Source: Eledone cirrhosa
Lineage: Eukaryota
DNA length: 64,000 bases
Reading direction: 5' to 3'
NCBI GenBank assembly: GCA_964016885.1
Contig: OZ024757.1
Span: forward strand, 15,748,001 to 15,812,000
Shown here: piece by piece, positions 13,019 to 25,014 of the stretch
Layout of the letters: every line of letters starts with the position of its first letter
Numbering within the stretch: position 1 is the stretch's first letter
Position numbers and translations under genes: made by a program
Notes under the pieces: generated by a model
The model's input: only the letters and a program-made list of their open reading frames with translations
What the model was told of the DNA's origin: nothing
Database searches by the model: none

Positions 13019-13071
13019 GAGATTCTACAGGACTAGAACTGTTTCATTCTTTAGAAATCATCAGGAATCTC
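13019..13071 (-). ncRNA. type I hammerhead ribozyme motif
   Basis: Minus strand reads GAGAUUC CUGAUGA UUUC-UAAA-GAAU GAAA CAG-UUCUAGUC-CUG UA GAAUCUC: 7-bp stem I, intact core, stem III and a GUA cleavage triplet. Confidence 0.85.
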
Positions 13072-13173
13072 TATATATATATATGAATGTATGAATATAT
13101 ATATATATATATATATATATTCATGCACACAAACACACTCACATATATATATGTCTACATATATACGTACATT

Positions 13174-13400
13174 GTGAAGGTGTGTGGCTGAGTGGTAAGA
13201 GAATTGGATTCACAATTGTGAGGTTGTGAGTTCGATTCCTGGACCGGGTGATGCGTTATGTCCTTGAGCAAGACACTTTATTTTACATTGCTCCCTCTAC
13301 CTGGAGTTGCGACCAATAGATATTAATAGCAATTGGAAAGACCAATGGAAACATTGTTTCCTCGGTCCGATTTGATGACTGTCGATACATACAGAAACTC
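13174..13400 (+). mobile_element. tRNA-derived SINE with CORE-like domain (family B)
   Basis: TGGCTGAGTGG A box, GAGTTCGATTC B box and TGTCCTTGAGCAAGACACTT; a close paralog lies at 48849-49070. Confidence 0.85.
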
Positions 13401-13418
13401 AGAAACATGCATGCATAG

Positions 13419-13451
<33 letters not shown>

Positions 13452-13497
13452 TAAAGTGTATACATACATATATGTATGACATAAATATACATACATA

Positions 13498-13704
13498 TAT
13501 GGACACGTGATGCGCATGAAAGTCGATATCTGTATAACAAAGTGCAGGGCAATAAAGATAGACGGTAGCCACGGAATAGGCAGACCTAGAAAAACCTGGG
13601 ATGAGCTGATAAACTCCGACCTCACACACTTACACCTCTCCAAGACAATGTCACTGGACCGAGACTAGTGGTACTCAGTAATAGAGAAGACCCGCCTTAC
13701 CTAA
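13498..13704 (+). mobile_element. RTE-clade LINE ORF C-terminal fragment (one in-frame stop)
   Basis: YGHVMRMKVDICITKCRAIKIDGSHGIGRPRKTWDELINSDLTHLHLSKTMSLDRD*WYSVIEKT matches the RTE C-terminal GHV.RM...GRPRKTW...DL...DR..W pattern. Confidence 0.88.
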
Positions 13705-13799
13705 ATACAAAGTAAAACCTACTACAGTCAGTAGGCATCTCTAACAAAATACACCCCCGTCCCACCACCCCCACCTCATCCACACCGCCCCCTTCTATG

Positions 13800-14316
13800 T
13801 AAAGTTATGTTGGTGCCACACCATCCAGGCCGAAACAAATGAGATCGTGTAGGTGTCACGACAAAAAAACACACAGTCCACGCTGTAATGTGGCCATGTA
13901 GGCAACACGGTAAAAACCTCCCAGCCCCACACTGTAAATGTGGTTGGTGTTAGAAAGGGCATCCAGCTGTAGAAAACCCGCCAGACAGTCCACACTGTAA
14001 TGTGGCCGTGTAGGCAACACGGTAAAAACCTCCCAGCCCCACACTGTAAATGTGGTTGGTGTTAGAAAGGGCATCCAGCTGTAGAAAACCCGCCAGACAG
14101 TTCACACTGTAATGTGGCCGTGTAGGCAACACGGTAAAAACCTCCCAGCCCCACACTGTAAATGTGGTTGGTGTTAGGAAGGGCATCCAGCTGTAGAAAA
14201 CCCGCCAGACAGTCCTATGCGAGCAAGACAATCACTCTTGCCTCAAGTGGGAAAACCCCCGTCCAAACCCATGCAAGCGTGGAACACGGACGTTAAACGT
14301 TGATGATGATGATGAT
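13800..14316 (+). mobile_element. SINE (family C) with an internal 112-bp x3 tandem and an RTE-like (GAT)n tail
   Basis: GTGGTTGGTGTTAGGAAGGGCATCCAGCTGTAGAAA domain; ACAG unit starts at 13873, 13985, 14097 and 14209; tail AACCCATGCAAGCGTGGAACACGGACGTTAAA(TGA)n. Confidence 0.85.
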
Positions 14317-15208
14317 ATGTATGACATATATACATACATGTGAGAGCTGCGACTCGATTTCGAGTAATGCCTTCGCTTGATACTTAAGTATGAGCATCAC
14401 GCATGTGGCTTTTTTGCCCTGCTAGGGACTTGCCTAGGGCCAACAATCAAATATTAAGCGATGCCAGTGTTTGAAGCTTTTTAAGTGAGGAAAGGCTTTG
14501 CACGGGGCCAAGCCCACTCTCTGAACATCGAATGCATTTACCCCAAAAAATAGAACTGGTCTACATCATGGTGGAGTGTTCTGACCTGAAACCACACTGA
14601 GATTTGTGGTATACACTCTGAGTGATTGTGGTATACACTCTCAGAGTCTGTTCAGGACCACACAGGCAAAGAACTTCCTTTGTTCTGTCCTACACACAAA
14701 AACAAGATGGTGTGAGGCAGAACAAAGGAAAGACATGAAATAACAAATTAGTCACCGAGGAGGTCACAGAATGCATAACAAAAGAGCTTTGACAATAAAT
14801 AAACAACCATCTGGTTATTAAACCAACAAACTGGAAATTTTTAATAAATTGAAATTAAAACAAACAGGTACATGTGTTTCTATTGGCAGCATGACCCTCC
14901 AAAAATATAACAACATGTTTCAACACATTTTCAGATAAAAAATCTTGCAAAATAAATACAAAAACTAAGTAGAGTATTTCCCAGCACCAAAGAAGCTTCA
15001 TCCTCGAAGACACACCCCAATTTTGACAACCAAAAATTTGAAACAAATAATAAACAACCTTTGACCTCTGAGACACATGGTAGACTTTTGAGACTTATTT
15101 TAAGAAAAAAATAGCATCTTCGACACCGGAAAAACGGTATATATATAAGAGAGAGGTTATGTACACACAGAACCATTTATACATATATTAATTATTGAAC
15201 TTTACGAT

Positions 15209-15400
15209 GGCAGTGGATTGGCAGTATCGGTAGAGGTTCGGACGCCATGCTTTCCAGCATAGTTACGTCCCTTTATGATCTGAGTTCAAATGCCGCCGAG
15301 GTTGACTTTGCCTTTCATCCTTATGGGGTCGATAAAATAAAGTACCAGTAATGCACTGGGTAATTGCTGGCCTTGTGCCAAACGTAGAAACAACTAATTA
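15209..15400 (+). mobile_element. SINE family A, full length
   Basis: Same sequence organisation as 10522-10712. Confidence 0.9.
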
Positions 15401-15599
15401 TTGAACTTTACAAGTTCATAATTTTTCCTTTCCTGGTCTAAGCTTGGATATTTATTTTGACAGATCTCACATGTATAAAAATATATTGTGTTGTGATTAT
15501 GATGACAATTTTATATATATCTATCCAGACAGCTTCCAAAAATAATGGTCGCTTCTAATAGGGTACGTCAAAATTATTTATAAAACTGTTTATATATTG

Positions 15600-15664
15600 T
15601 ATTTTATCTGACGAAGGCATGCCATATTTTAATTTGGTATCCCTGAAATATGTATAATGAAATA
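15600..15664 (+). ncRNA. type I (minimal, palindromic stem III) hammerhead ribozyme motif
   Basis: UAUUUUAU CUGACGA AGGCAUGCCA-loop-UGGUAUCCCU GAAA UAUGUA UA AUGAAAUA: 8-bp stem I (one G-U), about 9-bp stem II, AUA triplet, with AAUAAA overlapping the end of stem I. Confidence 0.75.
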
Positions 15665-15908
15665 AATATGGTTTTATAAATATAGTTTCCATTTATTTAA
15701 CATCGTATATATATATATATATATATATATTTATCACGATAAATTAATGGAGCCATAGACTCTCGTATTTACACTTTAGTTTATATTTTTAATTATCGTG
15801 TCTCTACCCTGCCTTTCATAGGTTATAGATTCCATACACTGGTGGTTTTTCCCTGTTTTATTGATGGTGCACTATCTCTCTCTGGTGTGTTACCTTTTCA
15901 ACATATTG

Positions 15909-15951
<43 letters not shown>

Positions 15952-16155
15952 GATATATATGTACGTAGTTGATGGCTGATAGAATAGAGTACTCAATTCC
16001 GAAGCAGCATTTAAATATCTATTTTATTAATGCTAAATGGCGAGTTTTCAAATCCTGCTGAGGTTAACTTTGCCTTTCATCCTTATGGGGTCGATAAAAT
16101 AAAGTACCAGTAATGCACTGGGATAATTGCTGGCCTTGTGCCAAAAGTAGAAACA

Positions 16156-16187
<32 letters not shown>

Positions 16188-16202
16188 CATTATTATAAGA
16201 CA

Positions 16203-16826
16203 TAGAGGAAGACCATAGAAAACATGGGTGGAGGTGGTGAGAGCTGACCTCAGATCGCTGAAGCTCACAGAGGAAATGACAAAGGACTGTGACAAATGGA
16301 GAGATGCTGTGCTGAAGAGGACCTATCCCACCTTGCATGGGTGGAGGTGGTGAGAGCTGGCCTCAGATCACTGAAGCTCACAGAGGAAATGACAAAGGAC
16401 TGTGACAAATGGAGAGATGCTGTGCTGAAGAGGACCTATCCCACCTTGCATGGGTGGAGGTGGTGAAAGCTGGCCTCAGATCGCTGAAGCTCACAGAGGA
16501 AATGACAAAGGACTGTGACAAATGGGGAGATGCTGTGCTGAAGAGGACCTATCCCACCTTGCATGGGTGGAGGTGGTGAGAGCTGGCCTCAGATCACTGA
16601 AGCTCACAGAGGAAATGACAAAGGACTGTGACAAATGGAGAGATGCTGTGCTGAAGAGGACCTATCCCACCTTGCATGGGTGGAGGTGGTGAAAGCTGGC
16701 CTCAGATCACTGAAGCTCACAGAGGAAATGACAAAGGACTGTGACAAATGGGGAGATGCTGTGCTGAAGAGGACCTATCCCACCTTGCAAGCAGGGAAAA
16801 GTGGATGTATGATGATGATGATGATG
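16203..16826 (+). repeat. 113-bp x5 tandem array made from an RTE LINE 3' end, with an intact tail
   Basis: RGRP*KTWVEVVRADLRSLKLTEEMTKDCDKWRDAVL; CATGGGTGG at 16223, 16336, 16449, 16562 and 16675; ends GCAAGCAGGGAAAAGTGGATGTA(TGA)n. Preceded by a partial family A SINE (16045-16157). Confidence 0.9.
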
Positions 16827-16859
16827 AGTGTATTTGTGAGTTTGCTTGTTTGTGTACAT

Positions 16860-18430
16860 GTTATTGTGTCATTGTGTGTGTGCGTGGTTGTGTGCTTGTG
16901 TATATATGTATATGTGTGTGTATGTGTATATAAGTGTGTGTATGTATGTGTACATATATGTATATGTGCATGTGTGTGTAGTTGTGTTTGTGTATATATG
17001 TATATGTGTGTGTGTATGTGTATATATGTATATGTGCATGTGTGTGTATGCGTATTTATGTACATGTGCAGGTGTGTTTGTATGTGTATATATGTATATG
17101 TGCAGGTGTATATATGTGCATTTATGTATATGTGCAGGTGTGTTTGTATGTGTATATATGTATATGTGCAGGTGTATATATGTGCATGTGTGTATGTGTA
17201 TATATGTATATGTGCATGTGTGTGTGGTTGTGTTTGTGTATATATGTATATGTGCATGTGTGTATGTATGTATATATATGTGCAGGTGTGTTTGTATGTG
17301 TATATATGTATATGTGCAGGTGTGTTTGTATGTGTATGTATGTATATGTGCAGGTGTATATATGTGCATGTGTGTATGTGTATATATGTATATGTGCATG
17401 TGTGTGTGGTTGTGTTTGTGTATATATGTATATGTGCATGTGTGTGTGTATGTGTATATATGTGTGTGTTTATGTGTATATATGTATATGTGCAGGTGTG
17501 TTTGTATGTGTATATGTGTATATGTGCAGGTGTGTGTGTATGTGTATATATGTATATGTGCAGGCGTATATATATGTATAAGTGCATGTGTGTGTATTTG
17601 TGTATATATGTATATGTGCATGTGTGTGTATATATGTATATGTGCAGGTGTGTGTATGTGTATATATGTATATGTGCATGTGTGTGTATGTGTATATGTG
17701 CATGTGTGTGTATGTGTATATATGTATATGTGTGTGTATGTATATATGTAATGTACATGTGTGTGTATGTATATATGTACATGTGCATGTGTGTATGTAT
17801 ATGTATATGTGTATATATGTATATGTGCATGTATGTGTATATATGTATATGTACATGTACATGTGTGTGTTGTATGTGAGACTCCTTAAATTGCTCTACT
17901 GACTGACATATGTTCCAATTTCATTTACTTTTTAATTCTGGTTTGTATATACCTACTGGTGGTTAATACACATAGATATGTATTATATACACACATACAC
18001 ATACAGACTAATATATATATATACACATACATAGATATGTATTATATATACACACATACAGACTAATATATATACACACAGATATGTATTCAACACACAC
18101 ATACACACACACACAGAAACATACAGACAAAGGCACACACATGCACACACACACACAAGCAGATACACACACACACAAAAGCAAATACACACATACACAC
18201 AATGTCACACATAAAAAAACACACACACAAACATATACAAACACACACTAATGCACATACAAACACACACAAACATATACAAACACACACTAATGCACAT
18301 ACAAACACACACTCACACAAACATACACACAGGTAAATACACACATAAACAACTGTGTATATGCAGTAATATACCCACACAACACATACATACCATATAC
18401 ACAAACACACACATATACACACACACAAAC
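16860..18430. repeat. compound (TG/TA)n then (CA)n microsatellites
   Basis: Dinucleotide repeats with GCAGGT and GCATGT interruptions. Confidence 0.9.
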
Positions 18431-18559
18431 ACACTGGTTTCAGTCATCACACTGCATCCATCCTGGCCCACCACCTTAGAGATTTTAATAGTCCATAATA
18501 TTTTGTTTTTCTACTAATTTCACCTATTGAAAACACTACTTCCACTACCATAATCACCT

Positions 18560-20335
18560 ACAGCAGTAGCAGCAGCAACAACAACAATGGCAGCAGCAAC
18601 AATGACAGCAGCAACAATGACAACAGCAACAATGACAGCAGCAACAATGACAACAACAACAATGACAGCAGCAACAATGACAGCAGCAACAATGACAACA
18701 GCAACAATGACAGCAGCAACAGCAACAACAACAATGACAGCAGCAACAATGACAGCAGCAACAATGACAACAGCAACAATGACAGCAGCAACAATGACAA
18801 CAGCAACAATGACAGCAGCAACAATGACAGCAGCAACAATGACAGCAGCAACAATGACAACAGCAACAATGACAGCAGCAGCAGCAGCAACAACAACAAT
18901 GACAGCAGCAACAACAATAACAACAGCAATAACAGCAGCCACATCAACAACAACAGCAGCAATGACAGCAACAACAATAACAGCAGCAGCAATGACAGCA
19001 ACAACAATAACAGCAGCAGCAATAACAGCAATAACAGCAGCAACAACAATAACAACAGCAACAGTAGCAGCAGTTGTAATAACAGCAACAGCAACAACAA
19101 CAACAACAACAGCACCAATAACAGCAACAACGTCAGCAGCAATGATAGCAGCAGCAGCAGCAGCAGCAGCAGCTGTCAGCCAATTTTACTTTCACAAATA
19201 AATATGTCAGCTTTGAAACACCTCAAAGTTAACATCTTATTTTGCCGCCAGGGGGCGTGTGTTGTCTGTATCAAACCCTACTTTCTCTTTTAAACCTTCA
19301 CTGGTCACTTATTGTGATCTAGGAAACCTCTTCGCCTCCTTCACCCCCCCCCCCCCCCACCCCCACCTTCAAGCTCACCCATCAATCTCTGCCACCACTA
19401 CTATCACCACTACTATCACCACTACTACCACTCAGGTACAACATACACAACCACCACCACCGCCGCCAGCACCACTACCAGCACAATCACCACTGCCACC
19501 ACCACCACCGTCATCACCACAGTCACCAATACCAGCACCACCACCACCACCACACCTATTACTACCGCCACCACCACCACCATCACCAATACCAGCACCA
19601 CCACCCAGCACCACTGCCGCCAACACCATCACTACTACCAGCACCACCACCAGCACCACCACAACCACCACCACCTACTACCAACACCAACACTACCACC
19701 AACACCACCAACAGCACCCAGCACCACTGCCGCCAACACCGTCACTACTACCAGCACCACCACCACAATCACAATCACCACTGCTACCGCCACCACCACC
19801 ACCACTACTATCACCACTGCTACCGCCACCACCACCACCACCACAATCACCACTGCTACCGCTACCACCACCACCACTACCATCACCACTACCTACTACC
19901 AACACCATCACTGCCGCCATCACCATCACCACTACCAGCAGCACCACCACCACCACTACCATTACCACCACCTACTACCAACACCATCACTGCCGCCACC
20001 ACCATCACCACTACCAGCACCACCACCACCACCATTACCACTACCAACACCATCACTGCCGCCACCACCATCACCACTACCAGCACCATCACCACCAGCA
20101 CCACTACCATCACCACTACCAACACCATCACTGCCGCCACCACCATCGCCAATACCAGCACCACCACCAGCACCACCACCACCACTACCATCACCACCAC
20201 CATCACCACTACCATCACCAGCACCTACTACCAACACCATCACTGCCGCCACCACCATCGCCACTACCAGCACCACCATCACTGCCACCACACCACCACC
20301 ACACCACCACCACACCACCACCACACCACCACCAA
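18560..20335. repeat. (CAG/CAA) 15-mer tract followed by a (CCA)n tract
   Basis: ATGACAGCAGCAACA units to about 19172; CCA/CTA degenerate repeats at 19390-20335. Confidence 0.9.
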
Positions 20336-20913
20336 TCAGTCTATTATTACCCACCCACCCCCTCCCCACTCTGATACATCAACACCAAAAGACTATCATC
20401 CCAGCTACAAATATCAACACTTCTAGCTTCATAGTAGAAGCTAGTATACTGCATTTTCTGGCTTTATTCACTAAACACCCTCTCTCACACTCTCACATCC
20501 CCTCACCCCTCTCTCTCTTTTTTCTTTCTCACTCTCAGACCCTCTCATACTCATTCTCTCTCACTCTCTCTTTCTCTCTTTCACTCTTTCTTCCACTCTA
20601 TCCAACTCTTTCTCCCTCTAAATATTGGTCTATTAACACCTCACCCCCTCTCTATCTTTTACTTTTTCACTATCACACCCTCTCATACTCATTCTCTCTC
20701 ACTCTCTCTTTCTCTCTTTCACTCTTTCTTCCACTCTATCCAACTCTTTCTCCCTCTAAATATTGGTCTATTAACACCTCACCCCCTCTCTCTCTATCTT
20801 GCTCACTTTCTCTTCCACTCTATCCTTTTCTCTCTCTATCAGTCTCTCTATCTCTCTCCTTCTATTTCCCATGACTATATATGCTGGTCTATTATAATGT
20901 CTCTCCCACTCCT

Positions 20914-20964
<51 letters not shown>

Positions 20965-20999
20965 TGTTTGTGTATTAAGCTGTTATGTCTTTCTCTCTC

Positions 21000-21400
21000 T
21001 GATGATCTATTGGTCTATCACTCTCTCTTTATATATATATATATGATGGTCTATCACTCTCTCTGATGGTCTATCACTCTCTCTCTCTTTATATATATAT
21101 ATGTGATGGTCTATCACTCTCTCTCTCTTTATATATATATATATATATGTGATGGTCTATCACTCTCTCTGATGGTCTATCACTCTCTCTCTCTTTATAT
21201 ATATATATATGTGATGGTCTATCATTCTCTCCTATGGTCTATCACTCTATCTGATGGTCTATCACTCTCTCTGATGGTCTATCACTCTCTCTCTCTTTAT
21301 ATATATATATGTGTGATGGTCTATCACTCTCTCTGATGGTCTATCACTCTCTCTCTCTTTATATATATGATGGTCTATCACTCTCTCTGATGGTCTATTA
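21000..21400. repeat. TGATGGTCTATCACTCTCT compound minisatellite
   Basis: Repeated core with variable (CT)n and (AT)n spacers. Confidence 0.85.
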
Positions 21401-21699
21401 CTATCTCTTCTCCTCCTCCTCTATGCGTCTGTCCCTTCTCTTCCTATCCCCCTCACTCTCTCTCTCTCTCTCTCAACAAGAGGAGATAATTGCTATATTA
21501 CAAGAATGACAGACTCAAGTAAAGAAGACTACAGAGGTAGGTGGGGGAGGAGGAGGGGATAACAGTATATAATAGTGTGTTGTGAATAGAGATAGAGAGA
21601 GAGGTAGGAGAGAGGTAGGGAGGGAGGGAGAGGTAGGAGAGAGTTTGGGAGGGAGGGAGAGGGAAAGAGATACATAGAAAGTGTGAGGGAGAGGGAGTT

Positions 21700-21905
21700 A
21701 GAGTGTGAGGAAGAGGGAGAGTGTGAGGAAGAGGGAGAGTGTGAGGAAGAGGGAGAGTGTGAGGAAGAGGGAGAGTGTGCGGAAGAGGGAGAGTGTGAGG
21801 AAGAGGGAGAGTGTGCGGAAGAGGGAGAGTGTGAGGAAGAGGGAGAGTGTGAGGAAGAGGGAGAGGAAGAAGGAGAGTGTGAGGAAGAGGGAGAGTGTGA
21901 GGAAG
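21700..21905. repeat. 18-bp purine-rich minisatellite
   Basis: Unit GAGTGTGAGGAAGAGGGA, about 11 copies. Confidence 0.9.
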
Positions 21906-23122
21906 AGAGAGAGAGAGACAGAAAGAGAGGGATAGATACAAAGAGAGAGTGACAAAGAGAAAGAGTGACAAAGGGAGAGTGATAAAGGGAGAGTGTGAGA
22001 GATAGGAGCTATTAACAGTCGATAACAGAGGTGTAGGGCAACCCCCCCCATAAAAAGTAGAAGAGTATTTGGGGAGAGAGGAGAGAGGGGGAAAGGAATA
22101 TTTTCAATGGCCTCCTTCCACACCTCCAGCCCCACCCACATCGTTCCCCTCGCCTCCACCTCCCCCATCGTTTTCCCCCTCCTTTCTCCTTACAGCCATC
22201 ACCACCTCCACCACCTTCAGTTTCCAATCATATGTTTTTGCAGTTGCCACACTACTTTAGGATATATGATAACACTAAACGTGTGTGTGTGTATGTCATT
22301 GAGTGTGTGTGAGTGTGCATGTGTGCATTTGCAAGTGTGTGTGTGTGTGTGTGTGTATGTCATTGAGTGTGTGTGAGTGTGCATGTGTGCATTTGCAAGT
22401 GTGTGTGTGTGTGTATGTCATTGAGTGTGTGTGAGTGTGCGTGTGTGCATTTGCAAGTGTGTGTGTGCATGTGTGCATTTGCAAGTGTGTGTGTGTCATT
22501 GAGTGTGTCTGTTATTGAGTGTGCGTGTGTGCATTTGCAAGTGTGTGTGTGTGTGTGTATGTCATTGACTGTGTGTGTGCGTGTGTGAATTTGCAAGTGT
22601 GTGTGTGTGGGTGTGTATGTCATTGAGTGTGTGTGAGTGTGCGTGTGTGAATTTGCAAGTGTGTGTGTATGGGTGTGTATGTCATTGAGTGTGTGTGAGT
22701 GTGCGTGTGTGCATTTGCAAGTGTGTGTGGTTGTGTGTGTGTGTGTCATTTAGTGTGTGCATCAATCATTGTGTGTGTGCATCAGTCATTATGTGTGAGT
22801 GTGTGCGTTTGCATATGTGTGTGTGCATTGCATATGTGTGTGTGTGCCTGTTCTTGTGTGAGCCTGTTAGTGTGTCATTGTGTGTGTCTGTATGTGTGCA
22901 TCTGCATGAGAGTGTGTGTGTCGCTGTGTTTGTGAGTGTGATACCACAAACGACCACCCAGTGCCACCCAATGGAATCTACTACAGCCCTGTACATTCTT
23001 AAGAGTTTGCAGAACAGGTAAGATTTAACGAGATCAAAACAGGTTAATTGCTTTAATCAGATGGTTTTAATAAGAAGATCCACTATAAACTCTATTTTTT
23101 TTAAATTTTGATGGGTTAATAA

Positions 23123-23300
23123 TAATTGTTTCTACTTTTGGCACAAGGCCAGAAATTACCCAGTGTATTACTGGTACTTTATTTTATCGACCCCGTAAGG
23201 ATGAAAGGCAAAGTTAACCTCGGCGGAATTTGAACTCAGATCATAAAGGGACGTAACTATGCTTCAACGCATGGTGTCCAACTCTCTACCGATACTGCCT
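23123..23300 (-). mobile_element. SINE family A, near full length
   Basis: Reverse complement of family A. Confidence 0.9.
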
Positions 23301-23610
23301 AATAATAACGGAGTTATCACACTTGCTAATTATTTCCAGATTTTAAACACCCCTAATGGCAGATACAGCTTTAGTTTTTGTGGTGAATTGTCTTTCCCAG
23401 GTGTCTCTAGATGTATAGCTTCCAGAAAAATATAAGGTTATATAGAATTAGAATTTAGCTTCAGGCATAGTTGTATATAAGTATGTATTGGAATTTCATA
23501 TTTCTAAAGAAATACGGTATGTTTAAAATAAACATTTAGAGAGCCGTAGCTATGCCAAATCGCCAGCGGCTAACGCCGTCTGGTGGTGTCCAGCAGAAGC
23601 AAGGGGGACA

Positions 23611-23656
23611 ATTGTGAGTGCGCATTTCGAACTGAACTGGTTCTCATCAGGACGAT
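23611..23656 (-). ncRNA. degenerate hammerhead ribozyme motif
   Basis: Minus strand: AUCGUC CUGAUGA GAAC-CAGUUCA-GUUC GAAA UGCGCA CU CACAAU; core, stem II and palindrome are intact, but the cleavage site and stem I are imperfect. Confidence 0.55.
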
Positions 23657-23950
23657 CCCTCTCATTCTTGCAACCGCTGGACTTTGAAAACAGGCGAGAA
23701 TATATGGTTTCCTCGTCTGTGTAAATTAGGTGATTAAGCTCATGTGTATATGAAGCTGTATACGTTGGCTCAACTTATAATAGAATAGAATTAGAATTTA
23801 GCTTCAGATGTTTTCTATTCAAGTTTCAATGTTTTTTAAACAACTCCAGAATTCAAATATTTAATGGATCACAAATTGGTGTCACGTATGGAATGAAGAT
23901 CAGTCCATAAAAGAGCAAGATTTTCTTTACTAAAAATTGAAGACATAGAC

Positions 23951-24405
23951 AACATAAAATACCTAGGATCAACTGAACAGTGATCAACATAAAATATCTA
24001 GGATCAACTGAACAGTGATCAACATAAAATATCTAGGATCAACTGAACAGTGATCAACATAAAATATCTAGGATCAACTGAACAGAGATCAACATAAAAT
24101 ATCTAGGATCAACTGAACAGTGATCAACATAAAATATCTAGGATCAACTGAACAGTGATCAACATAAAATATCTAGGATCAACTGAACAGTGATCAACAT
24201 AAAATATCTAGGATCAACTGAACAGTGATCAACATAAAATATCTAGGATCAACTGAACAGTGATCAACATAAAATATCTAGGATCAACTGAACAGTGATC
24301 AACATAAAATACCTAGGATCGACTGAACAGTGCTCAACATAAAATATCTAGGATCAACTGAACAGAGGTCAACATAAAATATCTAGGATCATCTGAACAG
24401 ATGAC
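23951..24405. repeat. 35-bp x13 minisatellite
   Basis: AACATAAAATATCTAGGATCAACTGAACAGTGATC head-to-tail with no spacers. Confidence 0.95.
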
Positions 24406-25014
24406 AACTTGTTGCAAGAATTTGGGTCAGGTCTCCAGCCAGAAGATAACCTTTTTTCCTTTTCTTCCACCAAACTCGGAGACCCTAAAAAGGCTTCATG
24501 AATGCTATCTGTCTTTATCCGACTATGTAAAGAAAAAAGCAATCCTTAGAGAAAAAAAAAACAAGATTTAAAAACTACTCTTTGCTGTCAGAAGTCATAG
24601 AAGCATCTAGATTGATTGTAAAGACAGCTGGCTGATTGACTCTATAGCTCCTCCTCCACATACACACCACCACCTTCACCACTATTTTGAATCATTATAT
24701 GCTGAGTCACAAATTTGATTTCATGTTAAGTTAAACAAAGCTGCCATCTTGTTAGATACATTGATCTTCTCAACTAGAGATGATGTGATCATACTGAATC
24801 AAGCTTTTCCCCCACATGCAGCTACAAATGGTTATATTGATATTTTGTCACTCCCTCTGACTGCTTTCACATCAATCAATGTCCGTCCATGCCTTTCAGT
24901 GTAGCTCTAACATAGAAGAGTTTTATACAAATTGACTTTTTGTCTTATGAAGAAAAAAAACTAAGACGGGAAAAACAAGAAAAACATGGTTGAATTTTTT
25001 AGGTCAATTTCGAC

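Noticed and set aside
14580-14740. H/ACA snoRNA interpretation (hairpin followed by ACA)
   Set aside because: No H box directly after the first hairpin and no pseudouridylation pocket in the second stem.
23951-24405. 35-bp repeat array resembling a CRISPR repeat length
   Set aside because: Head-to-tail with no unique spacers, no cas genes and a eukaryotic context.
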